The position numbers and the translations under genes were made by a program. A model generated the notes under the pieces. It worked only from the letters and a program-made list of their open reading frames with translations. It had not been told where the DNA came from and made no database searches. Source: an uncultured Chitinophagaceae bacterium (GTDB taxonomy: Bacteria; Bacteroidota; Bacteroidia; Chitinophagales; Chitinophagaceae). Taken from it: a stretch of 64,000 bases of DNA. Positions 49,312 to 58,665 of this stretch are shown here, in pieces (the stretch's first letter is position 1; every line of letters starts with the position of its first letter). Location: NCBI GenBank assembly GCA_964580775.1, contig CAZOLW010000001.1, forward strand, positions 15,021 through 79,020. Reading direction: 5' to 3'.

Positions 49312-49746
49312 ATGAAAAACGAAAACAAAATATCCCTTTTCCTGGTAGATGATGATGCTGTGTTTTTAAAACTCCTGGAAATTGAGCTGCTGCAGCATGC
49401 TGATTTTACTATTACAACCTTTTCATCAGGAGAGTTGTGCCTTGAACAACTGTCGCAAAACCCCGATGTAATCATTTTAGATTATCACCTAGATGGCATC
49501 AATAAAAATGCAATGAACGGGCTGGAAACCCTTGACAGAATAAAAGCAGCCAATGCCGATATTCCCGTTGTAATGCTGTCATCACAGGACAGTATTGATG
49601 TGGCCATCAACTGTATGCATCACAGAGCATTGGATTATGTGGTGAAAAGCGAAACAGCCTTTCTGCGCCTGCAGAAAATTATCACCACTCTTTTCAGTTA
49701 TAAAAAAATGGAGAAAGAGCTGAACTGGTATATGGACAGAATGTAA
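49312..49746 (+). CDS. Receiver-only response regulator
   Basis: VDDD, ILDYHL and YVVK; no output domain. Confidence 0.9.
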   Translation: MKNENKISLFLVDDDAVFLKLLEIELLQHADFTITTFSSGELCLEQLSQNPDVIILDYHLDGINKNAMNGLETLDRIKAANADIPVVMLSSQDSIDVAINCMHHRALDYVVKSETAFLRLQKIITTLFSYKKMEKELNWYMDRM

Positions 49747-49772
49747 GCCCCTTCCTTTGCAGGATAGAAACA

Positions 49773-49807
49773 TGTGAATTGTGTAAGTTATTTCAATAGT
49801 TGTGTAA
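49773..49807 (+). promoter_or_regulatory. 35-bp regulon motif, site 2
   Basis: TGTGAATTGTGTAAGTTATTTCAATAGTTGTGTAA; CAATTTTA ends 29 bp later. Confidence 0.8.
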
Positions 49808-49916
49808 CAAATGCAGCAGAAATAGCTTCAATTTTACATACTATTGATTTAATCATTCTATCTAAAATCCAACTGGAGAATTAACCTAAAGCAGATCTTC
49901 AGAAAAACATTGTGAA

Positions 49917-50378
49917 ATGAATCAACCGCATACCCCGCTCAACATACTGCTTGCAGATGATGATATTGACGACCGTTTTTTCTTTGATAAAGCATTAAAG
50001 GAAATAAAGGTGGCATCCAACCTGGTAACTGTGAGCAATGGAGAGCTCCTGATGAAATATCTTACAGAACGTTTACTGCAGCTTCCTGATATTCTTTTTC
50101 TTGATTTAAGTATGCCCCGTAAAACCGGGTTTGAATGCCTGGCCGAAATAAAAGAGAATGACCAATTAAAAGATCTTCCCGTCATTATTTTCACTACTTC
50201 CTTTACAAGGGGTATTGACTTTGAAGATAACCTCAAAAAAACATTCAGCAAAATGGGTGCTGAAGGCTATATACGCAAGCCGGGCGATTTTGAAGAACTC
50301 AAAGAGGTAATTCATCAAACACTGCTGAAGATGATGAACAGAAACAATCCTGTGGAAACCCAAACGGACCGGCAATAA
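49917..50378 (+). CDS. Receiver-only response regulator
   Basis: LADDD, FLDLSMP and YIRKP. Confidence 0.92.
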   Translation: MNQPHTPLNILLADDDIDDRFFFDKALKEIKVASNLVTVSNGELLMKYLTERLLQLPDILFLDLSMPRKTGFECLAEIKENDQLKDLPVIIFTTSFTRGIDFEDNLKKTFSKMGAEGYIRKPGDFEELKEVIHQTLLKMMNRNNPVETQTDRQ

Positions 50379-50451
50379 TGCCAGCCCTTACATTCAATAT
50401 AAGAGAACTCAAACAAGTATTCTGTAACAACCTGTTTAAAACAACTCAATC

Positions 50452-50895
50452 ATGACTTCAAAGAAATTACAAATACTCCTGGCCGATGATGATATTGATG
50501 ATTGTCATTTCTTTACTGAAGCTCTGGAAGTGTTGCCTGTAGATACAAAACTTAAAATTGTGAATGATGGAGTTGAACTGATGGATTATCTCTCAGAAAA
50601 TACAGAACAGCTTCCGCATGTACTTTTTCTTGATATTAATATGCCACGCAAAAACGGGTTTGAATGCCTGTCGGAAATTAAGCATCACGAACAGATGAAA
50701 GACCTTCCTGTTATAATGTTTTCTACATCCAACGAACGGGATAAAATAAATATTCTTTTCAAAAACGGGGCAGATGTATATATCCGCAAGCCAAGCAATT
50801 TTGCACAGTTGGTACAGGTTATTAATCACGCTTTACCGATGGCAGCCGAAAATATATTTTCGAATGGTAAATTAAAGTATATCCTCAACGCATGA
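50452..50895 (+). CDS. Receiver-only response regulator
   Basis: LADDD, FLDINMP and YIRKP. Confidence 0.92.
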   Translation: MTSKKLQILLADDDIDDCHFFTEALEVLPVDTKLKIVNDGVELMDYLSENTEQLPHVLFLDINMPRKNGFECLSEIKHHEQMKDLPVIMFSTSNERDKINILFKNGADVYIRKPSNFAQLVQVINHALPMAAENIFSNGKLKYILNA

Positions 50896-51365
50896 ACATG
50901 AATCAGCTAACGATCCTGCTTGCTGATGATGATACAGACGATTGTCTCTTTTTTGCTGAAGCGATAGAAGAATGGATTCCTTCTGCAAACTTTACCTTCG
51001 TACACGATGGAGAAGAACTCATGGATTTGCTTACTCAGAAAACAGGTAAGCTTCCGGGTATTCTTTTTCTTGATTTGAATATGCCCCGTAAAAACGGGTT
51101 TGAATGTCTTGCTGAAATAAAACAGAATGAAAAATTGAAAGCAGTTCCTGTGGTTATTTTTTCCACTTCGCTTGAACAGGAGGTGGTAAATCTTCTGTAC
51201 AATACAGGAGCACAGTATTTTATCAGGAAGCCTTCTGAATTTGCATTGTTTAAAAAAATAATTCTGTATACGCTTACGCTGATTATGCAAAACAATATTA
51301 TCCAGCCGGCAAGAGAATATTTTGTACTGACAGTAGAAAACACTCCGGTAACACAGGGAATTTAA
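50892..51365 (+). CDS. Receiver-only response regulator
   Basis: LADDD, FLDLNMP and FIRKP; ATGA overlap with the upstream gene. Confidence 0.92.
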   Translation: MNMNQLTILLADDDTDDCLFFAEAIEEWIPSANFTFVHDGEELMDLLTQKTGKLPGILFLDLNMPRKNGFECLAEIKQNEKLKAVPVVIFSTSLEQEVVNLLYNTGAQYFIRKPSEFALFKKIILYTLTLIMQNNIIQPAREYFVLTVENTPVTQGI

Positions 51366-51369
51366 AAAA

Positions 51370-52569
51370 ATGAACATGGCTAAAACCATCGAAACAGACG
51401 AAGACAAGTTAAGCATTGCCAACAAAGAGCTTCTTTTTCAAAATAAAGAAAAAGAAAAAAGAGCAGCTGAACTGATTGTTGCAAATAAAGAACTCGTGTT
51501 TCAAAACGAAGAAAAAGAAAAACGGGCGGCAGAGCTCAGCATTGCCAACAAAGAACTGCTATTTCAAAATGAAGAAAAAGAAAAAAGAGCAGCTGAGTTA
51601 ATCATTGCAAACAAAGAGCTGGCCTTTCAAAACGACGAAAAAGAAAAACGGGCAGCAGAATTAATCATTGCCAATAAAGAACTGGCTTTTCAGAATGACG
51701 AGAAAGAAAAACGGGCAGCTGAACTGATCATTGCCAATAAAGAGCTGGCGTTTCAAAATGAAGAAAAAGAAAAAAGAGCGGCTGAATTAATTATTGCCAA
51801 TAAAGAACTTGCTTTTCAAAATGAAGAAAAAGAAAAACGGGCAGCAGAGTTGGTGATAGCCAATAAAGAGTTACTGGCATTTACGTATATCTCCAGTCAT
51901 GACCTGCAGGAACCGCTGCGGAAAATACAAACTTTTGTTACCATCATTCTTGAAAATGAAAATGAAAATCTCTCAGAAAAAGGGAAATATAATTTTCAGC
52001 GCATGCAGATTGCTGCCAGCAGAATGCAGCAGCTGATTGATGACCTGCTTGCTTTCTCCCGTATCAACGCAACCGATCTTCAATTTGAAACTACCGACCT
52101 CAACCAAATTATAGAAGAAGCTAAAAATGAACTCAGAGATACAATCCTGGAAAAGCACGCAATAATTGAAGTAACAGAAATCTGCCCTGTTAATATCATT
52201 TCATTTCAGTTTCGGCAACTGATGTACAACCTGCTGAGCAATGCGCTTAAGTTTTCACACCCCGACAGGCCATCACATATCATTATAAAGAGCAGCAATG
52301 TGAAAGGAAGTAAATTAAACAGTCTGAATCTATCGCCTGAAAAAACATATTGTCATATCACATTTACAGACAATGGTATTGGCTTTGAACCGCATTTCAG
52401 TGAACGCATTTTTGGTGTGTTTCAAAAACTGCACAGCAAAGAAGTATATGAAGGCACCGGCATAGGGCTTGCTATTGTAAAAAAAATTGTGGAGAACCAT
52501 AATGGTATCATCATCGCAACCGGTGAATTAAACAAAGGCGCTCAGTTTGATATTTATATACCGGCATAA
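51370..52569 (+). CDS. Cytoplasmic histidine kinase with 21-aa tandem coiled-coil repeat and no sensor domain
   Basis: 7 repeats then ISSHDLQEPLRK H-box, NALKF, DNGIGF and GTGIGL. Confidence 0.92.
   Translation: MNMAKTIETDEDKLSIANKELLFQNKEKEKRAAELIVANKELVFQNEEKEKRAAELSIANKELLFQNEEKEKRAAELIIANKELAFQNDEKEKRAAELIIANKELAFQNDEKEKRAAELIIANKELAFQNEEKEKRAAELIIANKELAFQNEEKEKRAAELVIANKELLAFTYISSHDLQEPLRKIQTFVTIILENENENLSEKGKYNFQRMQIAASRMQQLIDDLLAFSRINATDLQFETTDLNQIIEEAKNELRDTILEKHAIIEVTEICPVNIISFQFRQLMYNLLSNALKFSHPDRPSHIIIKSSNVKGSKLNSLNLSPEKTYCHITFTDNGIGFEPHFSERIFGVFQKLHSKEVYEGTGIGLAIVKKIVENHNGIIIATGELNKGAQFDIYIPA
51418..51873 (+). repeat. 63-bp coding tandem repeat, 7 full units plus a partial unit
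   Basis: Unit ANKELxFQNxEKEKRAAELxI; synonymous codons vary between units. Confidence 0.95.
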
Positions 52570-52676
52570 ATAATTTTGCCGGGTTGCCCTAATTAATTGA
52601 GCCCGAATAGTAAGGTAATTGAAATGCTTATCAACTTTTCTCTTTGCCTTTGTATTTCCTCCTTGCCTCCGCCTCT

Positions 52677-52736
52677 GCCTTGTTGCCTTTGCCTCCGCCT
52701 TGTTGCCTTTGTCTCAGCCTTGTTGCCTTAGTGCCT
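52677..52736. repeat. Three 20-bp tandem repeats
   Basis: GCCTTGTTGCCTT core at 52677, 52697 and 52717. Confidence 0.8.
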
Positions 52737-52752
52737 TCTCCCCCACCCAACG

Positions 52753-52787
52753 TGTGAATCTTACAACTGTTTCCCCGAATTGTGTAA
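52753..52787 (+). promoter_or_regulatory. 35-bp regulon motif, site 3
   Basis: TGTGAATCTTACAACTGTTTCCCCGAATTGTGTAA; CCAACTTA ends 29 bp later. Confidence 0.78.
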
Positions 52788-52837
52788 CGGTTTTCCTGTA
52801 AAATATCCCCAACTTACTGTTCTAAAACAAACAGATT

Positions 52838-53197
52838 ATGAAAGGGAAAACAAACAGCAACAAACTGCATGTAAAGCAGATCAGCAACAACGCATTAACC
52901 AGTGAAATGGAATATCCACTTTACCCCGTTAATGAAGACATCTATAATCAATTGCTGCGGGAAGAATTAGTTGATCCCGAATATTTTGCTGCAGAAAAAA
53001 CCTATGGCCCGGCTGTTAAAAACGGTGATGTTTCCCAAACTGATTTTATAATTGCTATCTCAGGCAAAGACCTCGATATTCCGGGATCTGAACTGGATGA
53101 TGAGCAGGAAAAAATTGGCAGCGAAGATGAAGAGAATAATTACTACAGTGTAGGTGGTGACAATCATACAAACCTGGAAGAAGAGAAAGGAGAATAA
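52838..53197 (+). CDS. Acidic hypothetical protein
   Basis: C-terminal DLDIPGSELDDEQEKIGSEDEENNYYSVGGD. Confidence 0.75.
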   Translation: MKGKTNSNKLHVKQISNNALTSEMEYPLYPVNEDIYNQLLREELVDPEYFAAEKTYGPAVKNGDVSQTDFIIAISGKDLDIPGSELDDEQEKIGSEDEENNYYSVGGDNHTNLEEEKGE

Positions 53198-53253
53198 ACA
53201 AAGAAACAACAGATGCTGTGGGTTTAAAAGAACCCTTTGATAAAATAAACCGT

Positions 53254-53724
53254 ATGAAAAAGGTATTAATTGCACTTGATTATTTCCCCTCTGCACAACA
53301 GGTGGCGAATGATGGTTTTGCATTGGCAAAATCAATGAAAGCCGAAGTGGTGCTGCTGCATGTGGTAACTGATCCGGTGTATTATTCTTCAACTGCCTAC
53401 TCTCCCATTATGGGGTTTGGCAGTTATTCAGATATTGATTTAATGCAACTCGATATTGATGATGGCTTAAGAAAAGCATCACAGGATTTTCTGGATGAAA
53501 CAAAAAACCATCTTGACAGTACGTCGATTAAAACCATGGTAGAAGAAGGCGATGTAGCAGATTCAATTTTAGAAGCTTCAAAAAAGATAAATGCAGATCT
53601 GATAGTGATGGGATCGCATAGCAGGAAATGGCTGGAAGAGGTGATTATGGGCAGTGTTACGGCAAAAGTGTTACATCATACAGCCATTCCTGTTTATATT
53701 ATTCCTGTGAAAAGCAAAAACTAA
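53254..53724 (+). CDS. Universal stress protein
   Basis: KKVLIALD, LLHVV, ADLIVMGSHS and GSVTAKVL. Confidence 0.93.
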   Translation: MKKVLIALDYFPSAQQVANDGFALAKSMKAEVVLLHVVTDPVYYSSTAYSPIMGFGSYSDIDLMQLDIDDGLRKASQDFLDETKNHLDSTSIKTMVEEGDVADSILEASKKINADLIVMGSHSRKWLEEVIMGSVTAKVLHHTAIPVYIIPVKSKN

Positions 53725-54072
53725 CCGGGTGTTTAATATCCCTGTTATGAAAAAAAATCAGTTCGTTACTTCTGTCAGCATTATATAACCAATTAAAACT
53801 ACTTACAATGATGAAACTTATATCCATCTTTCTTTTTTTCAATGAGCAGGAAAAGCCTAAAAAAAGAAAAAAACATTACAGGGTATTGACGATCTGTAAA
53901 AAACCAAATACATAAACACTTTCTTCACCACTTTTTAAGAATTACTGCATACAACATTTTATGTCTGCATGCTTAAGAAACTATTTTCCTGTCTCTGCCA
54001 ACTATATTAACGGCTGTACACGGCAGCTGCAACTTCGTTTTCATTTACACATTTCTGTTCTTTTTTAATATG

Positions 54073-54107
54073 TGAGAATCTTGCAACTCTTTCTGATAAT
54101 TGTGTAA
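54073..54107 (+). promoter_or_regulatory. 35-bp regulon motif, site 4
   Basis: TGAGAATCTTGCAACTCTTTCTGATAATTGTGTAA; GAACTTTG ends 30 bp later. Confidence 0.78.
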
Positions 54108-54163
54108 TACATCAGGAACCGAAAGCGATGAACTTTGCATTTCATTAACTTAACAAAGACATC

Positions 54164-55624
54164 ATGAAAAAATTATTACTCTTAGCAATCTGCACTGCTT
54201 TTGCCTTTATGACAAATGCACAAACAGAAGATAAGAAATGGAACATTGGAGTATTTGGAGGTGCCACACAATACAGAGGCGATCTTGGAAATGACTGGTA
54301 TAAAACCGATATGGCCTTTTATGGCTTAGGCGGTGTTTCTGTTTCAGCCTACCTGGCAAAACATTTTGATATTACCCTGATGGCAGCCAGAGGAGAGATT
54401 GGTTATAACCGCACAAATGGCAGATTCTTAAATCGTGTAACAACTTCTTCACTGAATTTAAAGTTACATCTGCTCGGACCGCAATTTATTGTACGCCCCT
54501 ATGCATTTGTTGGTGTTGGCGCAATGTTGTATGATGATAACCCGGCCATTTCAAAAAGATTTGATTTAGCTGCTCCAACAACAGGTGCAGGATTTAACAT
54601 TAAACTTGGCCCTTCAGTAATGCTTAACCTGCAGGAAACATTTATGTTCACCCGCACAGATAACAGAGACGGAGTTACCGGCGGCAAGAATGATTCATAT
54701 CTGTCGCACACTGCAGGTCTCTCGGTTAATTTCGGTAAGAAAAAAGATGCTGATAATGATGGTGTAGCTGATCGTTTGGATAAATGCCCTAACACACCTC
54801 CTGCAGTAGCTGTTGATAAAACAGGTTGCCCGCTTGATATGGATAAAGATGGTGTAGCAGATTATTTAGATGCATGCCCTGATGTTGCCGGCCTGGTTAC
54901 ATTAAGTGGCTGTCCTGATAAGGATGGTGATGGTATTGCCGATAAAGATGACCGCTGCCCTGATGTAGCAGGAACTTCAGCCTTTAAAGGTTGTCCTGAT
55001 ACAGATAATGATGGCGTTCCTGATATTGATGATCGTTGTCCTGATACAAAAGCAGGCTACAAAGTAGATGCAGCCGGTTGTGCAATGGATAATGATAAAG
55101 ATGGTATTATGAACGAAGACGACCGTTGCCCTGATATGGCAGGCCCTGTAAGTTTAAGAGGTTGTCCTGATACAGATGGCGATGGTGTGGCAGATATTGA
55201 TGACCGTTGTCCGGCTATTAAAGGTACAATCACCAATAAAGGTTGCCCTGAAATTACACCGGAAGTGGAACTGAAAATTACGCAGATTGCCAATAAGATT
55301 TTCTTTGAAACAAACAGTGATAAACTGAAAGTTGCCTCACTGGAACAGTTAGATCAACTGGTAGTAATATTGAAAGAGTATGAAACAGCTAACCTGTCTA
55401 TTGGCGGACATACAGACAGCCAGGGATCTGATGCATTCAATATCACTCTTTCACAAAAGCGTACAGAGTCCGTTAGACTTTACCTCATCAGCAAAGGAAT
55501 TTCAGAATCACGCTTAACAGCAACCGGTTATGGTGAAGGAACACCGATAGCTGATAATAAAACAGCTGCCGGACGTGCAAAAAACAGAAGAGTTGAATTA
55601 AAAACATCTTATACAAACAAGTAA
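54164..55624 (+). CDS. OmpA-family protein (beta-barrel + thrombospondin type 3 repeats + OmpA C-domain)
   Basis: DxDxDGVxDxxDxCP repeats; GHTDSQG and NRRVE. Confidence 0.93.
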   Translation: MKKLLLLAICTAFAFMTNAQTEDKKWNIGVFGGATQYRGDLGNDWYKTDMAFYGLGGVSVSAYLAKHFDITLMAARGEIGYNRTNGRFLNRVTTSSLNLKLHLLGPQFIVRPYAFVGVGAMLYDDNPAISKRFDLAAPTTGAGFNIKLGPSVMLNLQETFMFTRTDNRDGVTGGKNDSYLSHTAGLSVNFGKKKDADNDGVADRLDKCPNTPPAVAVDKTGCPLDMDKDGVADYLDACPDVAGLVTLSGCPDKDGDGIADKDDRCPDVAGTSAFKGCPDTDNDGVPDIDDRCPDTKAGYKVDAAGCAMDNDKDGIMNEDDRCPDMAGPVSLRGCPDTDGDGVADIDDRCPAIKGTITNKGCPEITPEVELKITQIANKIFFETNSDKLKVASLEQLDQLVVILKEYETANLSIGGHTDSQGSDAFNITLSQKRTESVRLYLISKGISESRLTATGYGEGTPIADNKTAAGRAKNRRVELKTSYTNK

Positions 55625-55655
55625 GATTTTAGTATGGTTTGGTTTTACTTTGGAC

Positions 55656-55687
55656 AAGGGCTGTTGTTTTCAACAGCCCTTTTTTTA
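55656..55687 (+). terminator. Intrinsic terminator
   Basis: AAGGGCTGTTG-TTTT-CAACAGCCCTT followed by a T run. Confidence 0.8.
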
Positions 55688-55745
55688 GTTGCTGATTGAT
55701 CGAAATACTCCGCCGGAAGTAAGAGGAGAAACACCCGATTCAATG

Positions 55746-55780
55746 TGTGAATGTTGTAACTTATTACAGAAGTTGTGTAA
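55746..55780 (+). promoter_or_regulatory. 35-bp regulon motif, site 5
   Basis: TGTGAATGTTGTAACTTATTACAGAAGTTGTGTAA; CATCTTTA ends 30 bp later. Confidence 0.8.
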
Positions 55781-55849
55781 TGCTTACACAGCTCAAAATA
55801 ACCATCTTTACCTCCTGAGAAAATTCATTCACAACTTAAATTACACAAG

Positions 55850-56548
55850 GTGAAATACCTGATAACCGAACGCTTTTCAACAACGCTGCAGATTGTTGCA
55901 CTTATTTGTTTGATCAGCTATTCCGGTTTTACAGCCAACCGGGATTCACAAATGAAATCAATGGCTGATTCAACAGCTGTAAAACAGACTGCATTGGAGC
56001 TTACAATTAATATGCACACCCTCTGGGATGACAATGCCACCTGGACCAGAACTGTATTACTCTGTTTTATTGATGATCTTCCGGGTAAAGAACAGGCAAC
56101 AAAACGCCTGCTGCAGAACCAGGCAGACATTGGCAACTCCATGAAACCTTATTATGGCCTGGAAGCAGGCAGGAAACTGACACTGTTACTGAACAAACAT
56201 ATACAGATCTCAGCCGAAATGGTATACGCAGCTAAATCAAAAAACAAATCGTTACTGGAAGCTGCCAATGAACAGTGGCATGAGAATGCTGATGAAATTT
56301 CTGCATTCCTCAGTAAAAGAAACCCTGATTGGGTTCTGCAGGATATGAAGGAAATGATGGATCAGCAGATCAAACTGATTACTGACCAGGTGCAGCAGAG
56401 AATGAACAAAAACTATGATGAAGACATCATTGCTTATGATAAAGCGCATGCTGAAATATTGAAAATGTCGGTAATTATCTCAAAAGGGATCATCAAACAG
56501 TTCCCTGAGAAATTTTTACCACAGGTAACGGCAACAGTTTATAAATAA
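55850..56548 (+). CDS. Secreted all-helical hypothetical protein
   Basis: GTG start, signal-like N-terminus, LWDDNATWTR...RLLQNQADIG...PYYG helical domain. Confidence 0.7.
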   Translation: MKYLITERFSTTLQIVALICLISYSGFTANRDSQMKSMADSTAVKQTALELTINMHTLWDDNATWTRTVLLCFIDDLPGKEQATKRLLQNQADIGNSMKPYYGLEAGRKLTLLLNKHIQISAEMVYAAKSKNKSLLEAANEQWHENADEISAFLSKRNPDWVLQDMKEMMDQQIKLITDQVQQRMNKNYDEDIIAYDKAHAEILKMSVIISKGIIKQFPEKFLPQVTATVYK

Positions 56549-56553
56549 TCGAC

Positions 56554-57225
56554 ATGAAAGAACATCTCGTTAAACTGATATCAATTGAAAAGCTGACACA
56601 TGATGTGCTGAGGATTGTTACAGAAAAACCTGAAGGGTTTAGCTTCACACCAGGGCAGGCTGCAGAACTATCCATTAATAAAGATGAATGGAAAGAAGAA
56701 AAAAGGCCATTTACCTTTACCTGTTTACCGGAAGATGATTACCTCGAGTTTACGATTAAAACATACCCGTTACACAAAGGCGTAACCAACCAGCTTTTTT
56801 CATTGAAGCCTTCTGATGAATTAATTCTGCATGAAGTATTTGGAGCCATTCAATATAGGGGCGAAGGTATTTTTATTGCCGGCGGTGCAGGAGTAACGCC
56901 ATTCATTTCCATCTTCCGTTACCTGAAATCAACAGGTAAAACAGGAAATAACAAACTCATTTTTGCCAATAAAACAAAAGCTGATATTATTCTTGAACAG
57001 GAATTCAGAAAGCAGCTGGGAAATAATTTCATCAACATTTTATCCGAAGAAAAAGCAGCAGGTTATGAAAATGGAATGATCAGTGAAGACTTCATTGAGG
57101 CACACAGCAGCGGAACAGATCAGCTGTTTTATATATGCGGTCCCAAACCAATGATGGAAGCAGTTGAGAAACAACTGGCCGCCCTGCATGTAAAAGAAGA
57201 ATCGATCATTAAAGAAGCCATCTGA
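56554..57225 (+). CDS. FAD-binding oxidoreductase (ferredoxin/flavodoxin-NADP reductase-like)
   Basis: FTPGQ, RPFTFT, AGGAGVTPF and YICGP. Confidence 0.9.
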   Translation: MKEHLVKLISIEKLTHDVLRIVTEKPEGFSFTPGQAAELSINKDEWKEEKRPFTFTCLPEDDYLEFTIKTYPLHKGVTNQLFSLKPSDELILHEVFGAIQYRGEGIFIAGGAGVTPFISIFRYLKSTGKTGNNKLIFANKTKADIILEQEFRKQLGNNFINILSEEKAAGYENGMISEDFIEAHSSGTDQLFYICGPKPMMEAVEKQLAALHVKEESIIKEAI

Positions 57226-57306
57226 CTTTCACCAAATCATTGCATCCGTTATCATTTTACCGGATGCCTTCATTTAATATAAACGAAAAACAAAAACGAT
57301 TCAATC

Positions 57307-57780
57307 ATGAAAGCAAATATTGGTATCTCTGAAAAACATACAGACAGTATAACATCTCTCCTTTCTGTATTATTAGCTGATGAAATGATTCTATATGTTA
57401 AAACAAGAAAATTTCACTGGAATGTAAGCGGTGAAAGCTTTATGGAATTACATAAGCTGTTTGAAGGCCAGTACAAGCAGCTGGAAGAATATATTGATGA
57501 AGTTGCTGAACGCATTAATAAGCTGGGCGAAAAAACGATTGGCACATTGTTTGAATTCAGTGCTCTGGCCACACTGAAAGAAGCACCCGGTAAATATCCA
57601 TCACAAAAAAATATCCTCCAGGAATTACTGAGCGACCATGAAACACTTACCAGGCAGTTGAGAAAATATGTTACTGAATGCAGCGAGAAATACAAAGATG
57701 CCGGCACTGCTGACTTTTTAACCGGTCTTATGGAACAGCATGAAACTGCAGCATGGGTATTACGCAGATATCTTAATTAA
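57307..57780 (+). CDS. dps: DNA starvation/stationary phase protection protein
   Basis: KTRKFHWNVSG, LHKLFE, DEVAERI and HETAAW. Confidence 0.95.
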   Translation: MKANIGISEKHTDSITSLLSVLLADEMILYVKTRKFHWNVSGESFMELHKLFEGQYKQLEEYIDEVAERINKLGEKTIGTLFEFSALATLKEAPGKYPSQKNILQELLSDHETLTRQLRKYVTECSEKYKDAGTADFLTGLMEQHETAAWVLRRYLN

Positions 57781-57798
57781 ACAACAATTGCTTTTATC

Positions 57799-58665
57799 AT
57801 GTTAAGCAAAAGCATTCAAGAAATCAAAAACCTGAAGCCCATTGTTAAAGCAAAAGGTTTTGCCACAAAGCAATCAATAAGGCTTAGTGATAAAACACTG
57901 GCCAAAACAAAAGAGGCCAATAACTTTTTAACGGATATTGCTGATGTTGTTCTGTTCATACAAAGCATCATCAGGGAAACATTTTCAGGAGGCTTTGAAT
58001 GGAGAGAATTTTTCCGTCAATGTTTTCAAACAGGCTATAAAACATTGCCGTTAATTTCAGTAACCGGAACTATTATGGGTCTTGTACTCACTATTCAATC
58101 AAGACCGGTACTGGTAGATTTTGGTGCAGTAACCATGCTGCCCGGAATGGTAGCCGTATCACTCATCAGGGAAATGGGTCCTGTTATTACAGCCCTCATC
58201 TGCGCAGGAAAAATCAGTTCAGGCATTGGTGCAGAACTGGGCTCCATGAAAGTAACGGAACAGATTGATGCAATGGAAGTTTCTTCCACCAATCCCATCA
58301 AATTCTTAGTAGTAACAAGAGTGCTTGCTGCTACACTGATGATTCCATTACTGATCTTATATGCTGATGGACTGGGTATTCTGGCCAGTTGGGCAGGTGC
58401 CAATATGAAAGGCGATGTAACTCTTTCCTTATATTTTTCACAGGCTTTTAGCCAGGTTGGATTTATCGATCTGATACCTGCAGTCATTAAGTCTTTTTTC
58501 TTTGGAGCGGTCATTGGATTGGTAGGCAGCTATAAAGGTTACAATGCCGGACGTGGAACAGAAAGTGTTGGTGTTGCAGCCAACTCGGCGGTTGTAACCG
58601 CATCGCTGTGGGTATTGATTGTAGATATGATTGCCGTACAAATTACAGATATGATGATATCATGA
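57799..58665 (+). CDS. mlaE: MlaE-family ABC permease
   Basis: REMGPVITALICAGKISSGIGAELGSMKVTEQIDAM. Confidence 0.92.
   Translation: MLSKSIQEIKNLKPIVKAKGFATKQSIRLSDKTLAKTKEANNFLTDIADVVLFIQSIIRETFSGGFEWREFFRQCFQTGYKTLPLISVTGTIMGLVLTIQSRPVLVDFGAVTMLPGMVAVSLIREMGPVITALICAGKISSGIGAELGSMKVTEQIDAMEVSSTNPIKFLVVTRVLAATLMIPLLILYADGLGILASWAGANMKGDVTLSLYFSQAFSQVGFIDLIPAVIKSFFFGAVIGLVGSYKGYNAGRGTESVGVAANSAVVTASLWVLIVDMIAVQITDMMIS

Noticed and set aside
51418-51873. 63-bp tandem repeat as a CRISPR array
   Set aside because: No unique spacers; the units are in-frame coding with synonymous variation; no cas genes.
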